Shown here in pieces: positions 29,526 to 39,805 of a DNA stretch of 64,000 nt. The DNA lies in the NCBI GenBank assembly GCA_963762115.1, contig CAVXJH010000003.1, positions 128,001-192,000 of the forward strand. The letters run 5' to 3'. The notes beneath the pieces are model-generated. The model saw nothing but the letters and a program-made list of their open reading frames with translations. It ran no database searches and was not told where the DNA came from. The translations under genes were made by a program, and so were the position numbers. The stretch is from Candidatus Babeliales bacterium. GTDB lineage: Bacteria > Babelota > Babeliae > Babelales > JANWKD01. Positions within the stretch are counted from its first letter, which is position 1; each line of letters begins with the position of its first letter.

Positions 29526-29771
29526 ATGCATTCACCAATGAAATTCGTTTATTACTTGATTGTTTTTATTGCCGCTTTAGGCTCGATCCATCTTGGATTG
29601 TTGGCTGCAGGATATGATATTCTTGCAATGGGAAATTTAGCACATCTTACCAAAGTTATTTATACAGCTTTTGGTGTTTGTGGTGCATTAACTGTTGTTA
29701 TGCTTTTCATGCATTGCAGTGGTCATTGTCACGCAGGTTCATGTGGCAGTTCTTGTGGATGTGGCAAATAA
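29526..29771 (+). CDS. DUF378-like small membrane protein with His/Cys-rich tail
   Basis: ALGSIHLGL..GYDIL..KVIYTAFGVCG; RBS AAGGAG. Confidence 0.7.
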   Translation: MHSPMKFVYYLIVFIAALGSIHLGLLAAGYDILAMGNLAHLTKVIYTAFGVCGALTVVMLFMHCSGHCHAGSCGSSCGCGK

Positions 29772-29796
29772 AAGCTCATTTATCTAAGAATTTTTT

Positions 29797-29830
29797 AAGA
29801 GGTCTGTTTTTAACAAGCAGACCTCTTTTT
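29797..29830 (+). terminator. rho-independent terminator
   Basis: AAGAGGTCTG...CAGACCTCTT followed by a T run. Confidence 0.7.
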
Positions 29831-29901
29831 CATTTAGAATTTAATACAGATTTGGTGAATAGAAGCATGCTAGGCTGAAATAAAGAAACATTAATAACAA
29901 T

Positions 29902-30093
29902 ATTGTCATTGCGAGGCACATTGTGCCGTGGCAACCCAGCGTATAAAATTCTATTAAATTTTCAATAAAAATTTTCCCCGCAACGTAAAAAACTAAAACT
30001 ATGTTCATATAATTTTATTTTTTCATAATGATCTTATTTATTAGAACATTATAATCTGGGTTGCCACGGCACAATGTGCCTCGCAATGACAAT
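29902..30093. mobile_element. MITE/REPIN-like element with perfect 38-bp terminal inverted repeats
   Basis: ATTGTCATTGCGAGGCACATTGTGCCGTGGCAACCCAG at 29902-29939 and its exact reverse complement at 30056-30093; AT-rich spacer. Confidence 0.85.
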
Positions 30094-30102
30094 CGGAGCT
30101 AT

Positions 30103-31095
30103 TTATCCTATTAAATTATTGTTTTTTGTGCCAATAGTGGTTCCCATTTTCAACGATGTTTCTTTACCCTTTTTTGAGTTATGAACATACTCGGGGTTGA
30201 TCTTTAGGATATCTTTTTTAAACAGCAAAACGACCGTTGAGCCACCAAAGCAAAAATAACCAGCCTCATCACCTTTTTTGTGCATGCTATCGGGTGTATA
30301 AGTTTGTTTGATCGCACCAACAAAAAGTGCGCCAACGCTAATCATGACAACATCACCACAATCTGTTTTTAAAAGGGTAAGGTGCCGTTCATTTTGGGTG
30401 AGTGGTTGTACACCACTAAAATAAGCAAGGGGATGAACAGATTCATAAATTCCCTTTATGCGGATTGCTTTTGAAGGTGTGCAATTGAGCGGAAAATGAA
30501 AACGATGGTAATCCCACGGAGCAAGTCTAAAAAGCAGTAATGTGCCGCCTTCATAGTCTTGAGCTAATTTTTTATCACCTAAAAAGGTCGCTAGATCAAA
30601 TTTTGATTCTTTGACAGGAAAATGCATAGTTTGGGAAATATTTTCAATTACTATGAGGGTGCCATCTGCAGGAGAAATTACCGTTGCATGGTGAGAATCA
30701 AAAGGACGAGCATCTGTTTTGAGTTTTCTAATAAAAAAATCATTAAAAGTTCTAAAATGCGTGATGGGGTTTTCTGCTTCGTGCATATTAATATCATAGG
30801 TATTAATAAACGGTTTGATATAATATGAGCTAAAACGCTTATCGCACATCCAACCGGCTAATGAACTAGCCCATGGTTTTGTCAAACAGCTTCGTACTAT
30901 TTTTCCAATGGTGTTTTTATATAAAAAATGGAGTGACGAAGGTGTTTTATGAACTTTATTCATAGAAATAATCGTTGGTTCCGTGGTAATTAAGGGTACT
31001 TTTTGAGTTGTACCATGACTTTTACTAAAAAAGCAAATAAAAGTGACTATCGAGAGTAATAGATACTTTCTTTGAATAGTTATTTTTTTTAACAT
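30103..31095 (-). CDS. psd: phosphatidylserine decarboxylase
   Basis: FNDFFIRKLK, SPADG, RLAPWDYHRFHFP, FGGSTVV cleavage site. Confidence 0.95.
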   Translation of the reverse strand: MLKKITIQRKYLLLSIVTFICFFSKSHGTTQKVPLITTEPTIISMNKVHKTPSSLHFLYKNTIGKIVRSCLTKPWASSLAGWMCDKRFSSYYIKPFINTYDINMHEAENPITHFRTFNDFFIRKLKTDARPFDSHHATVISPADGTLIVIENISQTMHFPVKESKFDLATFLGDKKLAQDYEGGTLLLFRLAPWDYHRFHFPLNCTPSKAIRIKGIYESVHPLAYFSGVQPLTQNERHLTLLKTDCGDVVMISVGALFVGAIKQTYTPDSMHKKGDEAGYFCFGGSTVVLLFKKDILKINPEYVHNSKKGKETSLKMGTTIGTKNNNLIG

Positions 31096-31244
31096 TTTTT
31101 CCTCCGTTAAAGTCTTTTAGCTTTTTAATTCTAACAGATATAGTCACTATTGACAAAAGGTTAGGTAAAAACAGTGACGATTGTATGCTTTTTTTGTAAA
31201 ATGAAAGTTCTTTTAGATTATTTGATTAAAAAGGCTTTATTGGT

Positions 31245-33833
31245 ATGATCATCAGTGAAAATCCAGCATTATCGTTAACTCCCTTAATGCAACAATATTT
31301 TGAAATAAAAACGAACTATCCCGATGCTTTGCTTTTATTTCAAGTCGGTGACTTTTATGAACTTTTCTATGATGATGCCAAACGTGCTGCCGCTTGTTTG
31401 GCAATTGCGCTAACAGCACGCGGTAAAAATAATGGTGAACCAATTCCTTTGTGCGGTGTTCCGGTTCATGCGATTGATCATTATCTTACCAAATTAATTC
31501 GTAATGGATTCAAGGTGGTACTGTGTAATCAGCTTGAACCAGCAACGCCAGGAAAAGTTGTTGCTCGTGGGGTGACGCAGGTTTTTACTCCTGGTACTTT
31601 AACTGATGCAACGTTATTAGATGAAAAGTCTGCATCGTATTTATTTTCTTTTTTTCCTGGGGAACAGTATTCAGGGCTTCTTTTTGGTGAATTGTTAACA
31701 GCACAACTTTTTGCAACAGTACTTTCTCAGGCTCAAATTCGATCATTGGAAGCGGAAATAGGAAGATTTATGCCTGATGAAATTGTGCTGCCAGGTACAA
31801 AACAGGGTAAAGAATATAATCATTATTTTGCTAAATTAGGCTATTATACCACGCAATTTGATCACGATATAAGCTTAACACCTGAAATTATGAAGTGGAG
31901 TAATCAATTTCATGATGATGCAAAAAAACATCTTATGCACTATGAACCTTTGCAAGGAGCTTTGGCTATTTTTTATGGGTATTTAAAGAAAAATCAGGTA
32001 GTTGCGCTTGATCAGTTCAGAAATTTGAATATCTATTCACCGGAAGATTTTTTGAGCATTGATTGTGCAACGCAACGTAATTTAGAGTTAGTAAAAAATA
32101 CGCAAGATGGCAGCAGAAAAAATACCTTATTTCAGGTGATGGATGGTGCCGTGACGGCAATGGGATCACGTACTATAAAAAAATGGCTTATGCGACCTTT
32201 AGTGACATTAGATGCCATTAAACAACGCCAGGATGTTGTTGAGCGATTTATATTTGATATTTCTTTGGCGCAACATATTCGAGCTTTGTTACAGCGCATT
32301 GGTGATGCAGAAAGGGTTATCGGGCGTATAATTTTATCGCGTGCTTCAGTGCATGATTACACTGCTTTATTAACGATTTTGCATAGTATTCCTGAACTTT
32401 ATAGTTCTTTGCAGCAAGATACTATGCCGTCGTTATTGCGTTCTATAGCGCACTATTTGAATAGTGGTGATGTTTTATGCAAAAAATTATCATGTGCATT
32501 GAATACTGATACGTCAAAAGAATGGATTATTGCTGCTGGTTTTAATGAACGATTAGATGTGCTGCGTGATCTTGTGGAAAAAAGTACGGTATTATTACTT
32601 GAATTTGAAAAACGAGAACAAGAAAAGACGGGAATTTCTTCACTTAAAGTTCGCTATAATACTATTCAAGGATATTATATTGAAGTTACAAAACCGAATG
32701 CTCATTTGGTGCCTCTTGATTATATTCGTTCACAATCCTTAGTGGGTAAAGAGCGTTTTACAACGCTTGAACTTAAAAAATTAGAAGCAGAAATGAATGA
32801 AGCGCGCTTGTATATTGATCAAGTAGAAAAAGATCTTTTTGCAAGTCTTAAGGCTGAAGTAATGTCTCATGCAACGAGTTTGCGTAAAATAGCGCAAGCA
32901 TTATCACAATTGGATGCGTTATTTGGGTTTGCACAGATTGGTTATTTGCATGGCTATGTTCGACCAATTTTTAATGATGAACGCACGGTTATGATCAAGC
33001 AGGGGAAGCATCCTGTTGTTGCTTCGCAATTACAGAATCATTTTATTCCCAATGATACACAACTTTGTGATGAAAAAACGTTGTGGATTATCACCGGGCC
33101 AAATATGGGAGGTAAATCGACCTATTTGAGACAAGTTGCTTTGATCAGTATAATGGCGCAGTGTGGCTCATTTGTGCCTGCTCAATCGGCTAATGTACCT
33201 TTGTTTGATAAAATTTTTTCACGTATTGGGGCTGGTGATAATGTTGCTGGCGGTAAAAGTACCTTTTTAGTTGAAATGGAAGAGACTGCTTTAATTTGTA
33301 CACAAGCAACCCCAAAAAGTCTTATTATTTTTGATGAGATTGGTCGTGGCACGAGCACGTTTGATGGGCTTGCCATTGCGCAGGCGGTTATTGAATATAT
33401 TTATTCAATAGTGAAGGCGCGGTGTCTTTTTGCCACCCATTATCATGAATTAACGGTTTTGCAAAAACAATTTCCTGGTATTGTCTGTTATCATGCAGCA
33501 AGCAAAAAAACTGTTGCCGGCATTTCATTGTTATATTCAATTCTTGAGGGTCATGCTGATGGTAGTTTTGGCATTGATGTTGCGAAAGTTGCGCATATGC
33601 CTGATCCGATTATTCGTCGTGCTCAAGAAATATTACAACTGCTTTTGGAGCCTTCACCAGAGCAAAAAGGCGCTCTTATGCAACTGCCCAATGATGTTTT
33701 GATTACCTTACGTGCGACCGTTGAGCAACAGAAAGAACTTTTGTCTGATTTATATGAGTTAGATTATAATAATCTTTCGCCCAAACAGGCATTTGATTTT
33801 TTATGGGCTATGAAAGAGAAGATTGATAAGTAA
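31245..33833 (+). CDS. mutS: DNA mismatch repair protein MutS
   Basis: TPLMQQY, GDFYELF, TGPNMGGKSTYLRQ, STFLVEM, DEIGRGT. Confidence 0.98.
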   Translation: MIISENPALSLTPLMQQYFEIKTNYPDALLLFQVGDFYELFYDDAKRAAACLAIALTARGKNNGEPIPLCGVPVHAIDHYLTKLIRNGFKVVLCNQLEPATPGKVVARGVTQVFTPGTLTDATLLDEKSASYLFSFFPGEQYSGLLFGELLTAQLFATVLSQAQIRSLEAEIGRFMPDEIVLPGTKQGKEYNHYFAKLGYYTTQFDHDISLTPEIMKWSNQFHDDAKKHLMHYEPLQGALAIFYGYLKKNQVVALDQFRNLNIYSPEDFLSIDCATQRNLELVKNTQDGSRKNTLFQVMDGAVTAMGSRTIKKWLMRPLVTLDAIKQRQDVVERFIFDISLAQHIRALLQRIGDAERVIGRIILSRASVHDYTALLTILHSIPELYSSLQQDTMPSLLRSIAHYLNSGDVLCKKLSCALNTDTSKEWIIAAGFNERLDVLRDLVEKSTVLLLEFEKREQEKTGISSLKVRYNTIQGYYIEVTKPNAHLVPLDYIRSQSLVGKERFTTLELKKLEAEMNEARLYIDQVEKDLFASLKAEVMSHATSLRKIAQALSQLDALFGFAQIGYLHGYVRPIFNDERTVMIKQGKHPVVASQLQNHFIPNDTQLCDEKTLWIITGPNMGGKSTYLRQVALISIMAQCGSFVPAQSANVPLFDKIFSRIGAGDNVAGGKSTFLVEMEETALICTQATPKSLIIFDEIGRGTSTFDGLAIAQAVIEYIYSIVKARCLFATHYHELTVLQKQFPGIVCYHAASKKTVAGISLLYSILEGHADGSFGIDVAKVAHMPDPIIRRAQEILQLLLEPSPEQKGALMQLPNDVLITLRATVEQQKELLSDLYELDYNNLSPKQAFDFLWAMKEKIDK

Positions 33834-33859
33834 AAGGGCGAATTATAATTCGCCCTTTT
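33832..33859. terminator. bidirectional terminator
   Basis: AAAAGGGCGAATTATAATTCGCCCTTTT perfect palindrome. Confidence 0.85.
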
Positions 33860-33876
33860 GATTTTGTGTTCAAATG

Positions 33877-34686
33877 TTATTTGATTATTGTTGTGCCTTC
33901 AGTAGTTTTTATAGCTCTTGTTGATTTTGTTGAGCCACCAAAAGAAGTTCCTTCAGTAGTTTTAGGTTGTTTCTTTTCAACGGGCAATATATTTACAAGT
34001 TCGCTTTTATAAATAACTAAGCGACCAATTGCATACGCAATAAAATGTTTTGCTTTTTCGTTTTGAGCAATGAAAGTACCTTCAGTTGTTTTTATAATGG
34101 CAGGAGTTAATGTTGTTGGCGCTGATGTTATGATGCCGCCATGTTGAATATTTGCAGGTATTACTACTTCAGGCAATACTTTTATTTCTGTAAAGTGTGC
34201 ATGTAAATTTTGTACTAAGTTAGCAGCATTCGCTACTAATGCCAATATCATGCCTGCAGGTCCTTCAGTGAAACCAGGAACTTGACCTTTTACAGCATCA
34301 GCATATGATTCGCCGTTATAAAGATTGACTAAAACTTTGATAAGATTATCAACGGTTATTTCTCGAATAGCAACTGTTGTTGATAATACTTTTTCAAGTT
34401 TTTCAGAAGCATTTTTGTATGCATCATGTAATGCTAACGATGCAGCCTGAATGTTCAAAAGTTCATTCTTTGTTAACTTTTTAAAGTTTGCATCAATTAA
34501 TTTTTTGAAATCTGACGCTGCTGTTAATGGTAAAAGTTTTTTTGTTTTTACTACTATTGACTCATTGGTGATATCGGCAATGTCTTTTGCAAGAGCATTA
34601 AGGGTTAATGCAGGAGTGTTTTCTCCAGCAAAGGCCGCGTTTGTTAAAGCTAATAAACCGGTTATTAAGATTAATTGTTTTTTCAT
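33877..34686 (-). CDS. secreted hypothetical protein with three KTTEGT repeats
   Basis: Signal peptide ending AFA; KTTEGT occurs three times. Confidence 0.7.
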   Translation of the reverse strand: MKKQLILITGLLALTNAAFAGENTPALTLNALAKDIADITNESIVVKTKKLLPLTAASDFKKLIDANFKKLTKNELLNIQAASLALHDAYKNASEKLEKVLSTTVAIREITVDNLIKVLVNLYNGESYADAVKGQVPGFTEGPAGMILALVANAANLVQNLHAHFTEIKVLPEVVIPANIQHGGIITSAPTTLTPAIIKTTEGTFIAQNEKAKHFIAYAIGRLVIYKSELVNILPVEKKQPKTTEGTSFGGSTKSTRAIKTTEGTTIIK

Positions 34687-34988
34687 GATAATACCTTTCA
34701 AATTTTTGATATATAAAATTATATGCAATAAAAAAAATTATTGCAGCTTATTAAAATAAGAGCATGGGGAAAAATAGGATTGAGGTCTCTAGTATCATAT
34801 AAAGAGTTTTTAACAAAGCAGCTGATTAAACCAATACTGCTTATCTCTTTTAAGGATAGCCAAAAAAGTGTTTAGAATTCAATGGTTTTTGCATTATTCT
34901 TGGGTTATTACTGTTTTTTTTAAAAATGTATGAGTCTTCCTAACACATAACGCGCTCTAAAAGCAATAGTTACCTCAAAATTGTTGTA

Positions 34989-36578
34989 CTATGCTGTTGG
35001 TATTAAAAACGTATAGGTTCCATACATGCGTTGAATTATTGATTTTTTCTGTTCAACAGTCAAATTTGGGAGTAGGAGATCATTAAGATCTTCAATGAAT
35101 GGATATTGATCATCCAAAGGAAGATCAGTCGTGCTTTTTTTCAATTCATGTACCCAAAAAACTAATAATCCTTGATCGGTATATGATATTTCTGTTGTAT
35201 TACTATATTTGTTTAAGGTGCGATGGAGTAATCTAATAGTTTTTTTTAGGGGTAGATTGTTTTTTTGATTAAAATAGCTAAGACCGCTTTTTCCGGTATT
35301 ATAAAGCATTTTTGCTAAAAGTACGGTGGGGAATAATGCTAGTAATTCAATAATGAGCCTGTATGATCTTAGTGTTTTTACAAGGAGGTTGTGAGTTTCT
35401 ATTACATCTTTAGCCACTTCAGTTCCTTGGGTCTTGGCGTGTAATAATTCAATTTCTATTGCTTGGGGTAGTTCTCCATAGATTGTGTTTCTAATTGAGT
35501 TTCTCATTAAAATATTTCTATCGCGTATAATTTTGGCAATATGGCCTTTATTGGCGTCTTCAATTTCTTTTTCTATGTCATGGTTGCTTGCTGTTTCAGT
35601 AATTTTATTTCTTGGCCAAAAAAAATCTCGCGTTGCTCGCCAATAATACCCTATTGTTCCTGAAATTCCATGCATTTCTTGATTTTGATTCAGTTGTTCT
35701 CGATATGATCGTATTGCTTCATTTCTTGCTTGTCGTTCAATTTCTACTGATTGTTCATCAATTGGTTGTTTTTCTATGAAAGCTGATTTGTCAGTAAGTG
35801 TTTCTATTGAGTTCACAATAGGATCGTGCATATGTGTTTGCCAATAATTATTTAATGCAGTATTGAGACTAGAATACCATTGTTTAATCTGTTCTTGGTT
35901 TTGATAAGCATAGGTTGCCAAAGCAAGAGCACCTATGGTTGTCGCTGAATAGGCAAACCAGTTTCTTCTAAAATGATTTGGTTTTTTATAACCAAAATAG
36001 GCATGCAGCATTCTTTTTTTGAAGGTGATGAGGTTTTTTTTATTACTTATGAGTAATTCTGCCCACTGAGTTTTGGGTAGTTGTTCTGGTTGAATTTCAT
36101 GAGGGGGCGGTAGAGGTTTATAGGAAACGCATTGTTCGATAAGTAAGAGGAGTTCACGCATGTTTTTTTCAATTTCTTCGGTTGATTTTTCCTGGTAGTT
36201 TTGGCCGAGATAATATTGAATACTACCCAAATAATAAGCATTTTGCTCTAATGCTTGTTTTAAAAAGGTAATTTTTTCATTAAGTTCTTGTTGCTGTGAT
36301 TTTTCAGAAAACCAACCGGTTGGTCCTTTTGAAATAAAATAACTTAATGAGGTTAATTTTTGCATTCTCCAATAATCAATATTTTCAGAAAGTTCACGAA
36401 GTATCTCTAATAAATCTTTTCTGAGTTCTTGTGCTTGATTGCAGCAACTTCTGACAAAATGAAAGTTGATTTGGTTCATGGTTGGCAAGGGGACAAGTAC
36501 CGATGAATTTTGTGCCGCTAGGGAAAAACAGGTTAATAGTGCGAATAAATAGAACTTTATTTTTATAGGTATGATCAT
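34989..36578 (-). CDS. NCA2/DGS1-like protein (eukaryotic mitochondrial outer-membrane family)
   Basis: KPNHFRRNW+TM, RNTIYGELPQAIEIE..K, LLALFP, EDLNDL..P.L...K...I.RM..Y.FL recall NCA2/DGS1 motifs. Confidence 0.6.
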   Translation of the reverse strand: MIIPIKIKFYLFALLTCFSLAAQNSSVLVPLPTMNQINFHFVRSCCNQAQELRKDLLEILRELSENIDYWRMQKLTSLSYFISKGPTGWFSEKSQQQELNEKITFLKQALEQNAYYLGSIQYYLGQNYQEKSTEEIEKNMRELLLLIEQCVSYKPLPPPHEIQPEQLPKTQWAELLISNKKNLITFKKRMLHAYFGYKKPNHFRRNWFAYSATTIGALALATYAYQNQEQIKQWYSSLNTALNNYWQTHMHDPIVNSIETLTDKSAFIEKQPIDEQSVEIERQARNEAIRSYREQLNQNQEMHGISGTIGYYWRATRDFFWPRNKITETASNHDIEKEIEDANKGHIAKIIRDRNILMRNSIRNTIYGELPQAIEIELLHAKTQGTEVAKDVIETHNLLVKTLRSYRLIIELLALFPTVLLAKMLYNTGKSGLSYFNQKNNLPLKKTIRLLHRTLNKYSNTTEISYTDQGLLVFWVHELKKSTTDLPLDDQYPFIEDLNDLLLPNLTVEQKKSIIQRMYGTYTFLIPTA

Positions 36579-36771
36579 AAAATTCCTCTTTTTTGCTGTT
36601 AATTTTAGTAAAAATAGGTAAGATATAGTTTATACCATATCACAAAAGGCATTATTATTCTAAGGGTACGTTTTTTAAGGTAATGCATAAACATTCTAGA
36701 CAGAATGATACAATATGGTAAACTAAAAGGCAGATATTTTTTCATTTAAAGTAATTCCAAAAGGAAATTTG

Positions 36772-37110
36772 ATGGCAACAGAACAAAAAACATCTTTGTT
36801 TCCTCGTTATGCTATTTTTCAAACGGGCGGTAAACAGTATCAGGCAATTGAAGGAAAAACAATTGCTATAGAAAAAATTGAAGGTGAAGCTGGTACTAGC
36901 TTAGAATTTAATGATGTTTTGCTTCGCAAAAATAGTGATAATGACATTCAGGTTGGGCAGCCATTTTTAGGGAATCCTATTAAGGCTTCTATTGTAAAAC
37001 AAATGCGCGGACCTAAATTAATTGTTTTTAAATTTAAAAGACGTAAAAAATCACGAGTAAAAAAGGGTCACCGTCAAGCAATTACTGTTATTCGTATTGA
37101 AACGATTTAA
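36772..37110 (+). CDS. rplU: 50S ribosomal protein L21
   Basis: YAIFQTGGKQY, KFKRRKKSRVKKGHRQ. Confidence 0.97.
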   Translation: MATEQKTSLFPRYAIFQTGGKQYQAIEGKTIAIEKIEGEAGTSLEFNDVLLRKNSDNDIQVGQPFLGNPIKASIVKQMRGPKLIVFKFKRRKKSRVKKGHRQAITVIRIETI

Positions 37111-37137
37111 CAGAATTCTTTATCCCTTAAAAAATTA

Positions 37138-37166
37138 AAAAGCCTCCTGAATGGGAGGCTTTTTTT
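37138..37166. terminator. bidirectional terminator
   Basis: AAAAGCCTCC-tgaatg-GGAGGCTTTT. Confidence 0.8.
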
Positions 37167-37812
37167 ATGATGCTAATTTTGCTAGGGTAATAAGTTTTTC
37201 TATAGGACCGGCAAAGAGTAATTGTTCATCTTCATTAACTAAATAATCGACATCAATGGGAATGATGGTATCATTCTTTCTGACTGCTATGCAGTGAATC
37301 ATATATTTATCAAAAAGCCGTAACTCTCCTATTGTTTTTCCAACAAATTTTGAAGGAGTAATGATTTGGCTAAACCCAAAATCTTGGGTAATTCTGGTAA
37401 TATGCGCATAGGGATAGCTTAAATCATCAGCTAATTTGCTACCAATTTCCTGTTCAGGTAAAACAACTTGATCGGATCCAATAAGTTTCAAAATATCTTT
37501 ATGGATTTCACTAACGGCTCTCGTGATAACGCGAGGAATATTAAGTCTTTTTTTTAATAGCGCGGTAACCAAAATAGATTGTGCAAAATTTTCGCCCATA
37601 GCGACAATTACGGTATCCATTTCTTCAATGCCAATAGAGCGCAATGATGATTCATCCTGTACTTTTAAGCATACTGACTGGGTAATTTGATCGCGTATTG
37701 AGGCAACAATTGATTCATTGCTATCAATACCAAGAACCTCCATGCCATTTTCAGCTAAGGTTGTGGCAACTCTAAAGCCAAAACGACCAAGGCCAATAAC
37801 GCAAAATTTCAT
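37165..37812 (-). CDS. ktrA: Ktr/Trk potassium uptake NAD-binding subunit
   Basis: VIGLGRFG RCK-N and RCK-C domains. Confidence 0.9.
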   Translation of the reverse strand: MKFCVIGLGRFGFRVATTLAENGMEVLGIDSNESIVASIRDQITQSVCLKVQDESSLRSIGIEEMDTVIVAMGENFAQSILVTALLKKRLNIPRVITRAVSEIHKDILKLIGSDQVVLPEQEIGSKLADDLSYPYAHITRITQDFGFSQIITPSKFVGKTIGELRLFDKYMIHCIAVRKNDTIIPIDVDYLVNEDEQLLFAGPIEKLITLAKLAS

Positions 37813-37834
37813 ACAATAGTACCCTTTCTTGTAA

Positions 37835-39169
37835 TTAACCTAATATAATTCTTTCTTCTGGATAAGAAAATTCTGGATTTTCATGTTTTTTCCAGAAAGC
37901 GAGTACCAGACCTAAAGCGCCAATTCGCCCAATTATCATGCTTAGTATAATAAAAAATTTTCCTGTTGAAGATAAATAGGGGGTAATTCCTGTTGATAAT
38001 CCTAGGGTGGCAAATGATGACACTGATTCAAAGAGAATATCCAAAAATGACATTCCTTGTTCAGTAATGAGTAAACAGAAGGTGGTTATAAGAATCCAAG
38101 TACAACCAAGAACAATGATAGCAATTGCTTTATACGTTTGATCTTTGGCAATTGTTCTTCCCATAATCGTGACAATTGTTTGCCCTTTGATGGCGGATTT
38201 TATGGTCGCTATCAGAATTGCAAAGGTGGTAACTTTAATACCACTACCCGTTGAACCTGGTGATGATCCAATAAATGCCATTATCATGATTAATAAGAGG
38301 GTAGCTAGTTGTAATTGATCAATGGGTATTGTTGTAAATCCTGTTCCTCTGAGTGCAATGCCATTAAAAAGAGCATTGGTCAGTCCGAGCGGCATCGACA
38401 AGGGAAGGAGTGTATTGTGTCTTTCGAGGATCCAATATAATAGTGCTGATGATGAAATCAGAATAAATGTCATAGAAATAACAATTTTAGAATGTAATGA
38501 GAGATGATTTCTTTTTCTTTGTTTGTATGTTTTTATGCATTGCATGATATCGTACCAGGTAATGAACCCAAGTCCTGAAAAAGTCATAATGCATGATACG
38601 GTTAATAAAAGCATAAAATTATCTTTGTGGGTGATAAATCCTTGGGGGAAAAGTGAAAGCCCTGCATCACAAAATGATGAAACAGCATGAAACGTTGCCA
38701 GAAAAAAAGCTTTAGAAAGTGTGTAATCTTGATAAATACTGCCAAATATTAAAAGAGCGCCAAGACTTTCAATGCATAGGCTAACAAGAATGATAAAAAA
38801 AAGAATACTTCTAATATTTTTCCATGATTCAAGTTCAAGCAATTGTCCAGCCATGAGTTGTGTTGCAAAACCAAAACGAATAAAACAAGACATTAAAAAT
38901 AAGGTCAGTGTTATGAGTCCCAGTCCGCCAATTTGAATAAGTATTAAAAGCATGCAGTGGCCAAATGGAGTGAAATTACTGAGAGGTATGGTTAGTAGGC
39001 CACAGGTGCATAATGCTGAAGTTGCCGTGAAGAGGGTATCAAGGAAAGGAATAGGAACTTTTTGACTCCATGGAACCGATAATAAAATTGTACCAACAAT
39101 GATAGCAGCAATAATTGAAACGAGAATGAAACGGGCCGGTGAAAATTGTGCCATACTCCGCGGCGACAT
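37835..39169 (-). CDS. ktrB: Ktr/Trk potassium uptake membrane subunit
   Basis: LFTATSALC, IQIGGLG, GSSPGSTGSGIKVTT, FESVSSFATLGLSTG. Confidence 0.92.
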   Translation of the reverse strand: MSPRSMAQFSPARFILVSIIAAIIVGTILLSVPWSQKVPIPFLDTLFTATSALCTCGLLTIPLSNFTPFGHCMLLILIQIGGLGLITLTLFLMSCFIRFGFATQLMAGQLLELESWKNIRSILFFIILVSLCIESLGALLIFGSIYQDYTLSKAFFLATFHAVSSFCDAGLSLFPQGFITHKDNFMLLLTVSCIMTFSGLGFITWYDIMQCIKTYKQRKRNHLSLHSKIVISMTFILISSSALLYWILERHNTLLPLSMPLGLTNALFNGIALRGTGFTTIPIDQLQLATLLLIMIMAFIGSSPGSTGSGIKVTTFAILIATIKSAIKGQTIVTIMGRTIAKDQTYKAIAIIVLGCTWILITTFCLLITEQGMSFLDILFESVSSFATLGLSTGITPYLSSTGKFFIILSMIIGRIGALGLVLAFWKKHENPEFSYPEERIILG

Positions 39170-39196
39170 AAGTAACTATTCCTCTGCATTAAACCT

Positions 39197-39781
39197 TTAT
39201 CGAATGAATCGAAACGTTAAAATTAATAAAGCTGTAAATAAGAGTACAAGAAGATTAAAGTACCGGTCAATACATTCTTTAATTTGCGCTCCCCAAATCA
39301 TTATTACTCCTGCTTCAAGAAAGAAGCGTGCTCCTCGAGAAATAAAAGAACAAACAATGAATGGAATAAGCGGTAATTTACAAAAGCCTGCTGATAGCGT
39401 TACTATTTTGTAAGGTAATGGAGTGAATCCTGCAATTAACACAGCCCATGATTCATATAAAGTATACTGTTCTATAGCATGATCAAATTGCTGTTGGCTA
39501 AAGAGAAAACTCACGAGTGTTGTGCCAATTGATTCCCAAATAGCGTAGCCAATATAATAAGCAGCAATGCCGCCGGCAACCGAAGCAAGTGTTGCCAATG
39601 TTGCATAATACAAAGCTCTTGAACGATCTTCAATGCAATATAAAATTAATAACGGATCAACCGGTATAAAAAAAATTGCTTCGATAAAAAATAAAAATAT
39701 TAATAATGGTGTTGCATAGGGTGTGTGCACCTGTTTGCCGAACCAATCGTATACTCGTTTTAATGAGAATGATGCTACCAT
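39197..39781 (-). CDS. YqaA/VTT (DedA superfamily) membrane protein
   Basis: FIEAIFFIPVDPLL, AGFTPLPYKI, SRGARFF. Confidence 0.88.
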   Translation of the reverse strand: MVASFSLKRVYDWFGKQVHTPYATPLLIFLFFIEAIFFIPVDPLLILYCIEDRSRALYYATLATLASVAGGIAAYYIGYAIWESIGTTLVSFLFSQQQFDHAIEQYTLYESWAVLIAGFTPLPYKIVTLSAGFCKLPLIPFIVCSFISRGARFFLEAGVIMIWGAQIKECIDRYFNLLVLLFTALLILTFRFIR

Positions 39782-39805
39782 GAGACTCCTTCCTTTATAT
39801 TTTTT

